From the NCBI GenBank assembly GCA_051362555.1, contig CM120649.1:8122001-8186000 (forward strand): a DNA stretch of 64,000 nt, read 5' to 3'. The notes under the pieces are model-generated. The model was given only the letters and a program-made list of their open reading frames with translations. It made no database searches and was not told the DNA's origin. A program made the position numbers and the translations under genes. Positions 52,321 through 64,000 of the stretch are shown piece by piece; the first letter of the stretch is position 1, and each line of letters begins with the position of its first letter. The stretch is from Lingula anatina. Taxonomy: Eukaryota; Animalia; Brachiopoda.

Positions 52321-55118
52321 AACTGTAATAACATAGGCCTAATTACACATCGCTAAATCGCCCGTATGCAATTAACAGAATACAAGTCTAGGTAATTTTC
52401 TCAGGGAAAAGACCATTTCAAAATGAAAAGAACCACCGATAATTGAAGCACAACTCGCCCGCCTTCTCCTCATGATCATAATTTCCTTAAGTTAATAAGA
52501 TCGACATTTTGTCAGAAAAGACACGTAAATTATTTGGCTCCTCTCGCACGGCCGTATAGTATGCACGACGCGGGGAATTCTAAACGCGCTTCTTCAGCGA
52601 GGTATACAGCGCGCACTAAATTAGCCAACTCGTGACTGAATGCAATCAGCTTTTGAAAAAACTAAGAGTGTAGAAGCAGGAGTAATCTTCGGAATAAAAA
52701 AACGTATTTGTTTGTCTTGTTTTTTGTTTTTTTTTCGTTCTAGAATATTAAACCGGAAATCTGTGACATATGTTTGGAATATATAGCCATCACCAACTCA
52801 CAAATACACAAAGAATGCTTCACCCCGTGCTGTGAACTGTGCACGAGTGTGAAATGAATTGCAATGTATTCGAATTCTTGCGTTCTGCAAGTTTGCTCCA
52901 AAAACGAAATGATTGGCGCAAATCTTGTCTGACTCAAGCGATACGTAGTTGTAAAACCAAAAAGTCAAAATAAGGTGCTTTTTCTCGTTTGCCTGAAATC
53001 ATTATGAAGTTTACAAGAACGCTTGCCTTCCCTGACCGCGTCAGACCTAATTTTCTGTGGTACAGGACCGATTCGAGTGAGCAGAGCCGAAAAGTCTGAT
53101 ACATAACCCTGCGCTCGCGTCGGATGCATTTCAAAGATACGAAGTCCGTGACGCAATGGTAAGAAAAGAACAGAGCGTGCGAGAACGGAGCGCAAAACAG
53201 AGAACAATAGGCACGCAATGCGGGACGACAACCGGCTGCGTAAACCCAGATATTGGGTTTAAAAAGGGGAAACCCTCCGTCATATTAATATCTAGATAGC
53301 ATGATCGCGCATACGATGTGCCTGCAATCCCACGCTCGCACGGTGGCCACGATCGTTTGCTTTTTTTGTTAAGTGAAATTTGATGAATAAAATGGACGGC
53401 ATATATTATTCAGTGACACAGTTCGATTTTGATTGTTTTCTAACAAGTTGGATGCATGGTGTGTGTGTGTGGGGGGGGGGGTAGGTTAAAAAGAACGCTT
53501 TATTTTATTAATCTGATGTTGTAGCATTGGGAATTTTATAAAATCTTTTGCGTGTTGGAAACATCAAATGCGAAACAAATACGCTAACTGTGCTTAACGT
53601 CGATCGAAATTTCAAGTGAAAATCTTGTCTGTGACATTTTACCACCTAGAGGACCTCCATATATTCTATATACACTGAATAAGTAGAACAACTTCTGAAC
53701 AAGACCATCAAACTGGCAAAAGTACAAGAAAACAAACAAACAAATCTATGAAATGAGGAGACACACTGACTTGATGGTAAGCATACATGTACCTTGCTTT
53801 CTAAATCATCTTAGAAACAGGTTAATAGTACAAGTCTTAACGCTTTATATATTTGATACAGTGTTACTGAAGCTAAAAAGTAATAAAATTCCCAACAAGG
53901 TGGAATTATCACCACTAAAAATAAAACCTACCGACACACTCAGCGCCGCTGGGGGAAAGAGAGCCATAAATGACAATGGAAAAAATTTGAGGTATTTGGT
54001 CTGTTATTTAAGCCACGAGATTTCGGCAGACGACACTAAGATCGGTAGACAAGAGAAAGAACAGACGAAACGTCAAACCTAAGGTGCCTCCGTAGCGAAG
54101 CTGTTAGTAATAGGTAAAAATTGGAGAAAAAATTTCTGAGTTTTAGTGTACTGCTTATATACAAGTACCATGTGAGCGGGCATCAGAATAAACTGTGCAC
54201 GTACGTTTCAATTATAATTAAGTAGAACTTTGTGCAAAACATGCCACAAAGATGCAAAGCCAAGTCCACAAAATATACAAGATAAGATTATTTTCTATTT
54301 ACAGTACTTTCCATTCATGGAATAAACATACTAATAGTTTCTTTTTACTGTTTATATTTTACTGTACACATTTTGCTGTAAACAATCCCCCATCACCTAT
54401 TAAAAGAAAGAAAGAAAGAAAGAAAGTTTTTAAAAAAATTCAATCGATGAAACTGTCAAGAAGTTGATAATTTTTACATCCTTTTCATATTTTTCAGCAT
54501 GTAACATAGTAGAATATACAGCCAAAGTAGCCAACAAGAGGTGCAGCACAATCATTTATTTGACCCCATCCTGTTTCATCTAACAAAAAATTGAGATTGT
54601 GGTTTTAAAAAAAGAACAAGAAAGGTACTCGACCTACACAGAGGTTTTTTTTTTCAATGTATCATATTTAGGTGCGCCAAATACCAGCATGAAAGGTCGA
54701 TTTTTCTACTCACTGAAATGTAAAAATTCCACGAAAATTGACAGCAGACAGTAATTTTGTATTTTGGGAATTTCGAAAATTTAGTCAAGGTACCAATCCT
54801 TTCCTTCGTCATCATGTCAAACTCAAGTAGAATAAAGATCAAACACGGCCTCTACTGTCGTTAAACGCCTAACTATGATACGCGCACACTGCGGAGTTGA
54901 TGCCGAACTCTTAGACGATCACTAGTCACCACACACACACACACAAAATATATATATAACGAAAGGTCACTTTAAACTGATATCCTATACTTAATACCGG
55001 CTATATCATTCAGTTGTGGTGCCAAACCAATAGATAAATAAAATATAAATACAATGAATAACAAACAAAACGAAATAGAAAACTAAAGTGAAGAGGAAAA
55101 ATTATATCCAAGTCAAAG

Positions 55119-55127
55119 ATGTGTGTT

Positions 55128-55196
<69 letters not shown>
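55119..55196. repeat. Compound (GT)n(GA)n microsatellite
   Basis: Directly visible. Confidence 0.93.
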
Positions 55197-56452
55197 ATGT
55201 TCAAATGTGAAGTTAATGCCCGCCTAGCAGTATTGGTTTGTAATTTCGTATGTTTTGTCCAAAAACATCCATTTAAAAATTATTTCACGGCATCTTTAAT
55301 GATAATAATTTTCATCTATACCCATCTATTGCACTTAAATCAAGTTTAACAACTGGCTACTGATAATGCTATTAGTAATATAAATAAATCAATGTAGAAA
55401 TGAGCATCTGGGACAAAATGCAAAAACACACACACACTAATACGGAAGTTAATGAAATAATAATGACATTAATAACAATGTGTTACGGAGACAATAGGAC
55501 TTTTGATCAATGAAATAAAAGCCAATCAAGTAATGTGCAATGTCAGCAACAAGCTGTCTAAAGAATGAAAAATCACAAAAAATGTGAAAAGGGTAAAGTT
55601 GAAATATTAAAGGGGCAAAAAGAACAATAAACACACAGAGGAATACACCAACAAAGCAAATGGTATCCTAACATAAGGTAATGCGGACCACCTTTCAAAC
55701 ATCACTGAATAAAATATTACAAGCACTATGAAAGGACCGCCGCCTCGAATTAAATGTAAATTCCAGTCATCTAACAATGCAAATTGCAAGTTGATAGCTT
55801 CCAGAACGCAGCTGCTGCTGCGTCGAGGCTGTTAGAAAAACACAACAATTCACGCTTGCTCTTGTAGGCCCTGAAACGCATTCTTAGGAACCAGAGGAGT
55901 CTTCGTGTCATTGATTGGGAAGCAGCAAATATGAGGAAAGTCGGTGACAGAAGAACTAGGATCTTCCTGAGGGGGTGGGAAGTATTTTTTGTCGAGTGAA
56001 GTTGCAGACCAGCGCAATTTCAGTGTAAAAACACAAGAAGTTGGGGGATTGATTGGTTTTGTCCTTTTCGCATGTTTTATTTTTCTTTTGGTGGGGGAGG
56101 GGGGAGAAATGGAAGTAGTGAGGACGTTAAAGGGGTGAATAGTCCTGTGCCCCCCCCCCCCAACACACTGGTCCCGTCGTTGATAATCACAATTGCTTGT
56201 GTTTAAAAGATGGAAAGCTAGAAACTTTTATCCAATCAGCGTTTAGATAATTTCTACCTTGTTTAGCACGCGTGTCGCTGTATAAGTGTGTTCGTGTGTG
56301 TGTGTGTGCGTGTGTGAGTGTGTGAGTGTCTGTGTGCGTGTGTGTGTGTGTAATAATATGTAACCATATGCAAATGGACATAAGGCGCTATTTATAGACT
56401 AAAACTCACTGCAAACGGGGGGCATTATTTATACTTAGAATTCAAGGGGGTC

Positions 56453-56498
<46 letters not shown>

Positions 56499-56626
56499 CA
56501 TGAACAATTAGCCCAAAATACTGGTAAACTCATTCTTTTTCTATATAAAACTTGTACATCGATAAACACCATAAAGTAAGTACGTCATATAATGCTACTA
56601 CGACCTATCATCACTATCATCACTTG

Positions 56627-56673
<47 letters not shown>
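56627..56673. repeat. (ATT)n microsatellite
   Basis: Directly visible. Confidence 0.95.
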
Positions 56674-57409
56674 CTTTTTAAACTGGTCATTAACAAATGA
56701 GATAAAAAAGCGAATGTATGTCTTCGATTATAACAAAGCTAGCATGATTGTAAAATGAAGGCTGTGAGTTCTCAGACTGAGCTTACGTAAAGTGGATATG
56801 AGCAATTGCTACTTTTCTCCCAATCTACATAATCTGCAAACAACATGAAAAATAACACTAAAGCCGCAATGCATATTAACCTCCCAACCAGTACGTTTTT
56901 TTTTTCAATCGCGTATCACCAAACATCATAAAAAACTAAAAAAAAAAAAAGGCGCCCTGAAATGGATAATGCATATTCCCATCGCTTCGTATTCCTTTGA
57001 TTGTGAAATAGAGACCGTAATATCGATATTAAAACATAGTTTGGAAGCCGAGGCAGGTGTGACGATATGCTGAAATAATTGCATCAATGTTCTCGGCAGA
57101 GAAACCGGACCCCGAGCGAACCGTTAGCTTTGCGTGAGTACTGCGATCGCAACGCAGGAGAGGAGATTAATGTTGTTTGAAGTGAGGACTGTATTGACAG
57201 TAATAAATGTGTAATAATATGATTCCTTGTTTTCTACCGGCGACACGACATGCTGAGATTTGTTTCATTTGTGTTGCTGTAGGGTTGATTTCTTAGCTGG
57301 GCTATTTGTTTGTTTTTACTTGTTTTTATTTGTTGATGACGGTGAGGGAAAATATAGCAACATTCTCAATGTATCTATTTCTGACAAAAAATTAATAGCT
57401 TACTTCTGT

Positions 57410-57461
<52 letters not shown>

Positions 57462-58313
57462 CATACATCACACTTTCATAGCTTTATAAAATGGATGTTT
57501 TGTAATAAAAAGCAGGTTTTGACTTGCATTTAATTTTATTAGCAATTTATAAGAATACATTAATAGTGTATGTCATATGTATTGCATGTAGAAATCTCAG
57601 TCGGCAAAAAACAAGACAAAAATCGTGCCTTTTATTAGACTAGATCTCCCGATAATCACCTTGTGGCACACGCTTATTAACACTTAATGGCCATTAACTG
57701 AACGCGTTTGCACTTTTTAACCACAAAAATTTCTACATTACGTAAAATTTTCAGTGCAACGAAATACTTTCTTTTAAAAACCGCTGGATATAAGGTTTTG
57801 AAGTGCGGTGAATGCAATAAATATGAAGTTGGTGTTTTTTCTTTCAATTTGAAAGAATCATTCAAAAATATAATTAATGGGAATGGTACAGTCCGTTGCC
57901 TTTGCGATATGTGCTACTTTAATTAGTTGTTATGTATTTGTATTCAGTGACGTGAAGTGTGATGCTTTCTGGCAGTCCCGACTATCAGTAAACGTGTTGT
58001 ATTGATGTGTATAATGTGAATGTTTGTATGTTACTTTACTTTTTGATTTCAACAAGAAATGTTTTTATTAAATGGGCGTACAGGCGCTTTGTAACGGCGA
58101 GTTAAGGTTGGTAAACCAGCTGATGCACTTCATTGTCAATTTTGTATCACGCTTTCATCATTTTCTTAAAATGAATATGCAATAAGTTTGACAACTGGAA
58201 TGGCCGAAGATCAGAGGTTAAGTAAGACAGGGTGAGCTGTACTTTCAAGTTCAAATAAAATAAATTGTGCATGGTACAGCGTTGCTTAACACGAGTGAAA
58301 CCAGTATGAACAG

Positions 58314-58450
58314 TACCCTCTACCAGGGCCACAGATTGATTTTTTTTCACTAGATGTTAACAGATATGTCTCTGGTTAAATGGATGGCTAATCTCTGTAC
58401 TCCTCAGCAAAAATGTCCACATATACTAACTACGGCCCTGGTAGAGGGTA
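58314..58450. mobile_element. MITE (non-autonomous DNA transposon), family A, copy with perfect TIRs
   Basis: Perfect 15-bp TIRs CCCTCTACCAGGGCC (58316-58330) and GGCCCTGGTAGAGGG (58434-58448), flanked by TA on both sides; homologous over its length to 20117-20255. Confidence 0.88.
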
Positions 58451-59169
58451 CAGGAAGAGTGGCGACATATCATCCCCGTTGGGTGTGGCCTTAAGTGGGG
58501 GTGGGGGGGATTGGGGGGGGGGACCTTTTCTACAGAACTTCCATATACAAAAATATTTTCTTTATAGAAAAACTGACAAAATGGAAAAAATGTATCACCC
58601 GACTTTTAATATATTTTAAAGCCTACATGCGTTCTGAGACATGAGATATTTCTGTATGAGGAGGGGAGAAGACAGTGTCTGTGAGGGGTGGGTGGGGGTC
58701 GGAAGGGGAGGGGGGTTAAAAATGATTTTGCTCCACCACTGCTTCTCCTGATTGACTTCTATTCCACGCACACCATTTACTTCAAGTATTCATAACGCCG
58801 CTTAGCTGATTTGTAATCTGATTCATGGCACATTTCAGTTTTTGTTTGCAAGGTGAAATATTTGGGGGGGAAAACATTACAAAAGGTAAATGATCGCTCA
58901 GCGATCCCTCTCGTCACCTGCCTCTGTTTTCTTCGGTGGGAGCACATGTCATTGTAGTCCGATACATTACATTTGTACATTTCATTTGTACATTTCACTC
59001 GTACATTTCGACAGGTGCGACGACATGGTCTTAATTTAATTGCTACTATGTAAAACATTACTGAAAATATAGTTTTATGAATTGTTTATAAGAATAGAAA
59101 CAAATAAAAACGTCTTGATGAAGATGGATTCAAAGATTGTTAATTGTAAGCTAACGCGGAAGCTTCCAT

Positions 59170-59204
<35 letters not shown>

Positions 59205-62061
59205 TACGTACAAATAGTGAGATAAGGACTATATTAATACAAAGTCGAATATTTTTGCTTGCTTTATACAGTACAAGAGAAAAAGATATTAGTTTCATAT
59301 TTCATTACACGATTTTAGCAGTTCGATTATTCGCGAGGGTACATGTATATACATACTATAAAATCGATTTTTTCCACCAAAATTCTATTTGTAAAAAAAT
59401 ACCAGTGTAGCTCTTGTTAAAAGGTTAAAATTATTAACTAAATCTGAACAAGAGTTTCTGAACAGGAGTTTGAATTGGATATTTTTGGAATGAAATAAAA
59501 TTTGAACAGCAGTCGTGTATTTCAATTGAATTCCGTCCTTGTTCCTGTAGCATACTTAGGAGAAATACTGAATCATAATTACTACATGCCGCCCAGAGAA
59601 ATATTCCATAGATAATGTACAAATAATTCAAACCAAATCTCTGTAAGTTGTGTAGTTAATTGCCTCTATGTATTCCACTATTGCTGTCCGATGCAGGAAT
59701 TATTCATTAATAAACGCTGCACATTTCATTCGTGTATATTTCATTTGTTGATTTCGGCAGGTGTGCAGCAGTTGTCTTAATCTAATTAAATTACCACACA
59801 GGTGATCCGTCCTCCAACTTCCGGTTGCGGTCCCAATAACGACTTAATTTTCTTCCAGGCAAGGTATATCGTAACATTAATAGTGCTATGTATCTTAAGG
59901 GGTTAAGAATGGTATTGTTCACTTTTTCAGTGAAATCCACGGAATTAGAGATGTAAAAAGGGCATTAAATTATCTTGAGCTTGTAAACATAAAAAATAAT
60001 CGAATTGTCAGGTTGATAAATTTAAACACTCTGCCTCAGCCTTTTTACCTTTGCAGCTTTCCAAATTCAGGCCATATTTCTATATTTTTTATTTCAAAAT
60101 TCGTGGCATTGCGTAATCGTTCATGTCATGTCAATAATGTCACTATTTTTCCAAACTGCAATAGAATACTGTTTTAAATTTTGATACTTTTGATTCCACT
60201 CCTCCCCCTCTTCTTGTTTCTTCAACTCTATAATAAAACAATATAAATCTACATGGCTTTTCTTCTTTATTGATATAATGATATTTATTTGCATATCTAC
60301 GAATCCATTTCCGACGAACCAAATAAATCAAGAACCAGCTGGAAAACAAGTCCAAAAAGGCAAGTCGCCCATGTCAGATAAGAACATTATTCCCTTCACA
60401 TTATAGGACGATGGCTTAGCGCAGTAGGGGTGGGGGTGGAGGGGGGGGGGAGTGGAGGGTCACAATGGTCCACGTACCTCTCTTCCTCAAAATGTATCTA
60501 GACGAAACAACAATGTTTCCATCCTGCGATCTACATTATAAAGTAAAAGTGTTGTCGACTAGTACTCTGGGCAGCAAAGCGAAGCAAATACATTTCTCCT
60601 TGAACCCTCCTTCCTAGAAAAACCACAGGACTTCCAGAAGTATGCTGTTTCAACACTTATAAGTACATATAGATGCATGAAAATCGTTCCAATGTTGTAA
60701 ATGTTAAAGAGTTCTTGGTATTTTTTATTGCTATCATATATTGTTTAAATTTTTACCAAGCAACAATAGACTTTTAACTTCAGCTGGATCTCGTTTTAAA
60801 ACTTTTTGATATGTCAGTTAATGAAACAATTTATTCTAATATCTTAAACTTTGATATTTTATATCTCACTTATAATAGAAACCAAATTTCAGTGTATACT
60901 TTATTTATATTGGCTGAATAAAATTATCATATTATTCAAATCCGACGTATGGTACTGCGTAAATACCCAGTTATTACTGAAGCAAAATACAGCAGTGCAA
61001 CCTCAGCCGTTGAACATCTAATGGCGCTAGAGGAAATGTACTATTAAGTCTAATATTTCCAGTATTTGTTATCGTAATATTGCCAATATTAAAAACGTAA
61101 GCCCATTTGACACGTTTTCGCCATAATTTCCGTCTGTTTTCTGGTGTCATTTTAACACCAGCACCTAGATGACAATATAGAATTACGTGCTATGAGAACT
61201 GCCGCGTGCTCTACTCAAAGGCGGACGAACTCGAGCAGAAATAATGCCGCAAACAAGGAAAATATCATTGCCCTTTCACTCTGATCTCATCGGCCTGATT
61301 AATTTAGTTCCTTCTTGGGCTTACGACGACGCTGTCGATTACCATAAGTCCACGTATAATACCTGTACAGATTTAACAATTAATCAGCACAATACATGGG
61401 TATTCTCCAAAGACAGGGAACCATTAAAGTAATTAAAACACACGTCTTGGTTGATTGATACCAACAATCTCGTTGGTCTTGCTAGAGGAAATATCGGTTG
61501 AAATTGTTACGTATGCCGCATGCGGGCGCGCTACTCTTCCCGCGAGGCCCTTCCCGGGTATAGACAATTCCATCCATTTTATGTTAGTACATATAACAGA
61601 TATGCCAGGTAATAGGCATAATTTCTGACTGGATTGCTTTATCCCTGATGAGTGGACCACTTTATCGCAATATTCTTTCAAAATAGTGCCACTCATCTTA
61701 AATGTATGGAATTAATTTGTCTCCGCCATTTGCGGATTAATAATTAATTCTCGCAACTTTGTGGATTAACTCAGTGGATTATGACGGGTTGCAATTTCGC
61801 TGATTGAGATTAAGTCTGATTTGGACAAAAAGAGTTGAAGGTGCAAACAAAACTACAGAGACAGAACTTCAGTCAAGTACAATGCCTTGATGAAGATCAG
61901 ATCATTAACAAAATGAAACCTTTCTCTAATAAAGAAGAATTGATAACAATCTGTACCGGGTTTTTTCGAGTACCATTCAACTGCCGCTCCTAACGTGCAT
62001 ATATTGAAGGTTTTTATGAGAAATAAAAATGTCAGCTTGCATGTCACAATAATAGGCACAA

Positions 62062-62134
<73 letters not shown>
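62062..62134. repeat. Poly-C plus (CT)n microsatellite
   Basis: Directly visible. Confidence 0.95.
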
Positions 62135-62136
<2 letters not shown>

Positions 62137-62980
62137 TCTTGTTTGGAGTATGATGCTCTCCAGTCTAGCTGTTTTAGGCCCCATACCTAATTTAGTTAAC
62201 TGTTCATGTATTTTGTATAAACATATGTGTGAAACTAATAATAGTGTAGAGAGATTGTAAATGTAATTTGTAAACATTTTAGTTTTCAGTAATGTATTAT
62301 GAAATGTAAACTGTATACAAAATAACTGTGCCATGTCTTTAGAACACAGGTGTATGAAGTTTTTTTTTTTTTTTTTTTTGTATTTCGCCGACTTATTTGT
62401 CAAGTCATTTACAAGCTGCATAGAAAGGGAGTTCTATCTATTCTCCCATCTAAAATTTTGTTTGTGAATTTATATCCTTTTGAGCAATAGTTGTGTCAAG
62501 TATTTTTAATGAGATAGACGACAAGAAGGTGTCACATGAAGAACTTCAAAGAAGTTTTGTCATTATGATGATTTATTTTTTTAATCTTTTCTTTTGTTTT
62601 TCTACCTTTTTTGTTTTTGGGGGGGGGGGGGTGGCGGGTCAAAGAACATTGAAAATTTCGAGGATGTGCTTATAAAAATACTATGTATCCAAACAGAGTT
62701 CTGATCATAATCGTAACACATTTTCAATTATTTTGAGGATAAAAACAAATACGTCCACTGATAACAATAAATGAGGTTATACGTACAGCCTGGTGATCAA
62801 AATGCACAAATTGCAATCTTTTATACCAAAAATACATCTTATGCACCCAGCACAACTAAAAGGTTTTAAAATTTTCACGAAATTATATCCACCTGTTTGA
62901 TAACATCTTACTATTTGACTTCATAAAATAATGTCACTTTTTTTCGTGTTCTAAGCAGGCGAGTGAGAAACATTCTAATT

Positions 62981-62984
62981 GCGC

Positions 62985-63037
<53 letters not shown>
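62981..63037. repeat. (GC)n(GT)n alternating purine-pyrimidine tract
   Basis: Directly visible. Confidence 0.93.
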
Positions 63038-63039
<2 letters not shown>

Positions 63040-63132
63040 GGGGTAGGTAACCACTTAGAACAAATAAAACAGCGCACGGAGGTTAATTCTCCGTAGCTGT
63101 TCTGCCTTCTGCATTTTGACCGAAGTGATTGC

Positions 63133-63226
<94 letters not shown>
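63133..63226. repeat. Poly-A followed by (TA)n microsatellite
   Basis: Directly visible. Confidence 0.95.
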
Positions 63227-63229
<3 letters not shown>

Positions 63230-64000
63230 AAAGGAAACAAACAATAAATGGAAGGATACACACACACACACACACCCCTTCAATCCCCCTAGTCCCCACT
63301 TCAACTCTCTCTCCTGCCTATGTGAAAGCTTTTTTTCTGAAGCAGTGAGGTTACAGGTTTCAAGTTTACCTGGAATGTGCTTCTGCACTTGGCCATGCGC
63401 AGCAACAAACGCAATCAGGTGAGACTCTCGGTCTCCGCTAACACAGTTGCCTATGGTCGTCAACAAGCCAGAATTGCGTCAAATCAAATTTATGATTAAG
63501 ATTCTATGGCTTTAATTGAAATGCAATGAAATGTTAAAATGCATATAATATAATAAAGGAAATACATTTGGAGAGAGAGAGAGTACAGCTCAAAAACACG
63601 AAAGGCTAGATTCAAAAATAGCAATACATGCCTCCAAAGCAGTATCAAAATCTCAATTACATGGAGATGATGTTTTTCCAATCTCTCGGGAGTAATAATG
63701 ATAATGTCAGTCGTCTTTGTTAAAAAATCATAACAATAGATTAGTCAGGTAACTTTACGGGGATGCACGCTATTTTCATGGTTAGATAATCTTCCTAAAA
63801 GAAACGGATAGAATTGCCGCTAGATTTGAAACTTGATGATGCGCGTAATGCCTCGACCTAAGGTAAACCCATCTAAGAGAACACGTAAAAAATCTGTTTA
63901 CATAAGGTTATTCTTATCAGACTATTCGGATCAATTAACTAATTAATTAATATCAAGTTAGCATCTTTGTTTTGCCGTGGGCCAATCTTCGGGGACAGAA

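Noticed and set aside
56787-56833. Further minus-strand mini-exon candidates (also acceptors at 24954 and 20566)
   Set aside because: Donors are weak or missing; not distinguishable from background splice-like signals.
58452-58741. Possible second element beside the MITE ending in CCACCACTG
   Set aside because: The left terminus does not form a convincing inverted repeat and there is no TSD.
58960-59010. Short tandem repeats (GTACATTTC units; GGATTTTAT three times at 23341) as CRISPR-like arrays
   Set aside because: Three or four short units without unique spacers in eukaryotic DNA; ordinary slippage repeats.

Overview
This is AT-rich animal genomic DNA, probably from a lophotrochozoan such as a mollusc (inferred from the protein only). 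The window holds one convincing protein-coding gene, an intronless SoxB1 (Sox1/2/3, SoxNeuro-type) HMG-box transcription factor on the minus strand at 34579-35592. It has a clear CCAAT/CRE/GC-box promoter and a 3'UTR of roughly 2 kb. The other ~62 kb looks like a developmental gene desert. It contains microsatellites, four MITE-like elements (two from one family), a decayed LINE fragment, an exact 71-bp duplication and many GC-richer islands with clustered transcription-factor motifs. Three leads stand out. (1) Non-coding exon candidates lie on the SoxB1 strand on both sides of the gene, suggesting a SOX2-OT-like host lncRNA. (2) A promoter segment appears to match the vertebrate SOX2 CCAAT region, judged from memory. 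(3) Several near-perfect RFX X-boxes occur. All regulatory and lncRNA calls are inferences from motifs and need transcript or conservation data. No prokaryote-type system, CRISPR array, tRNA or rRNA was seen.
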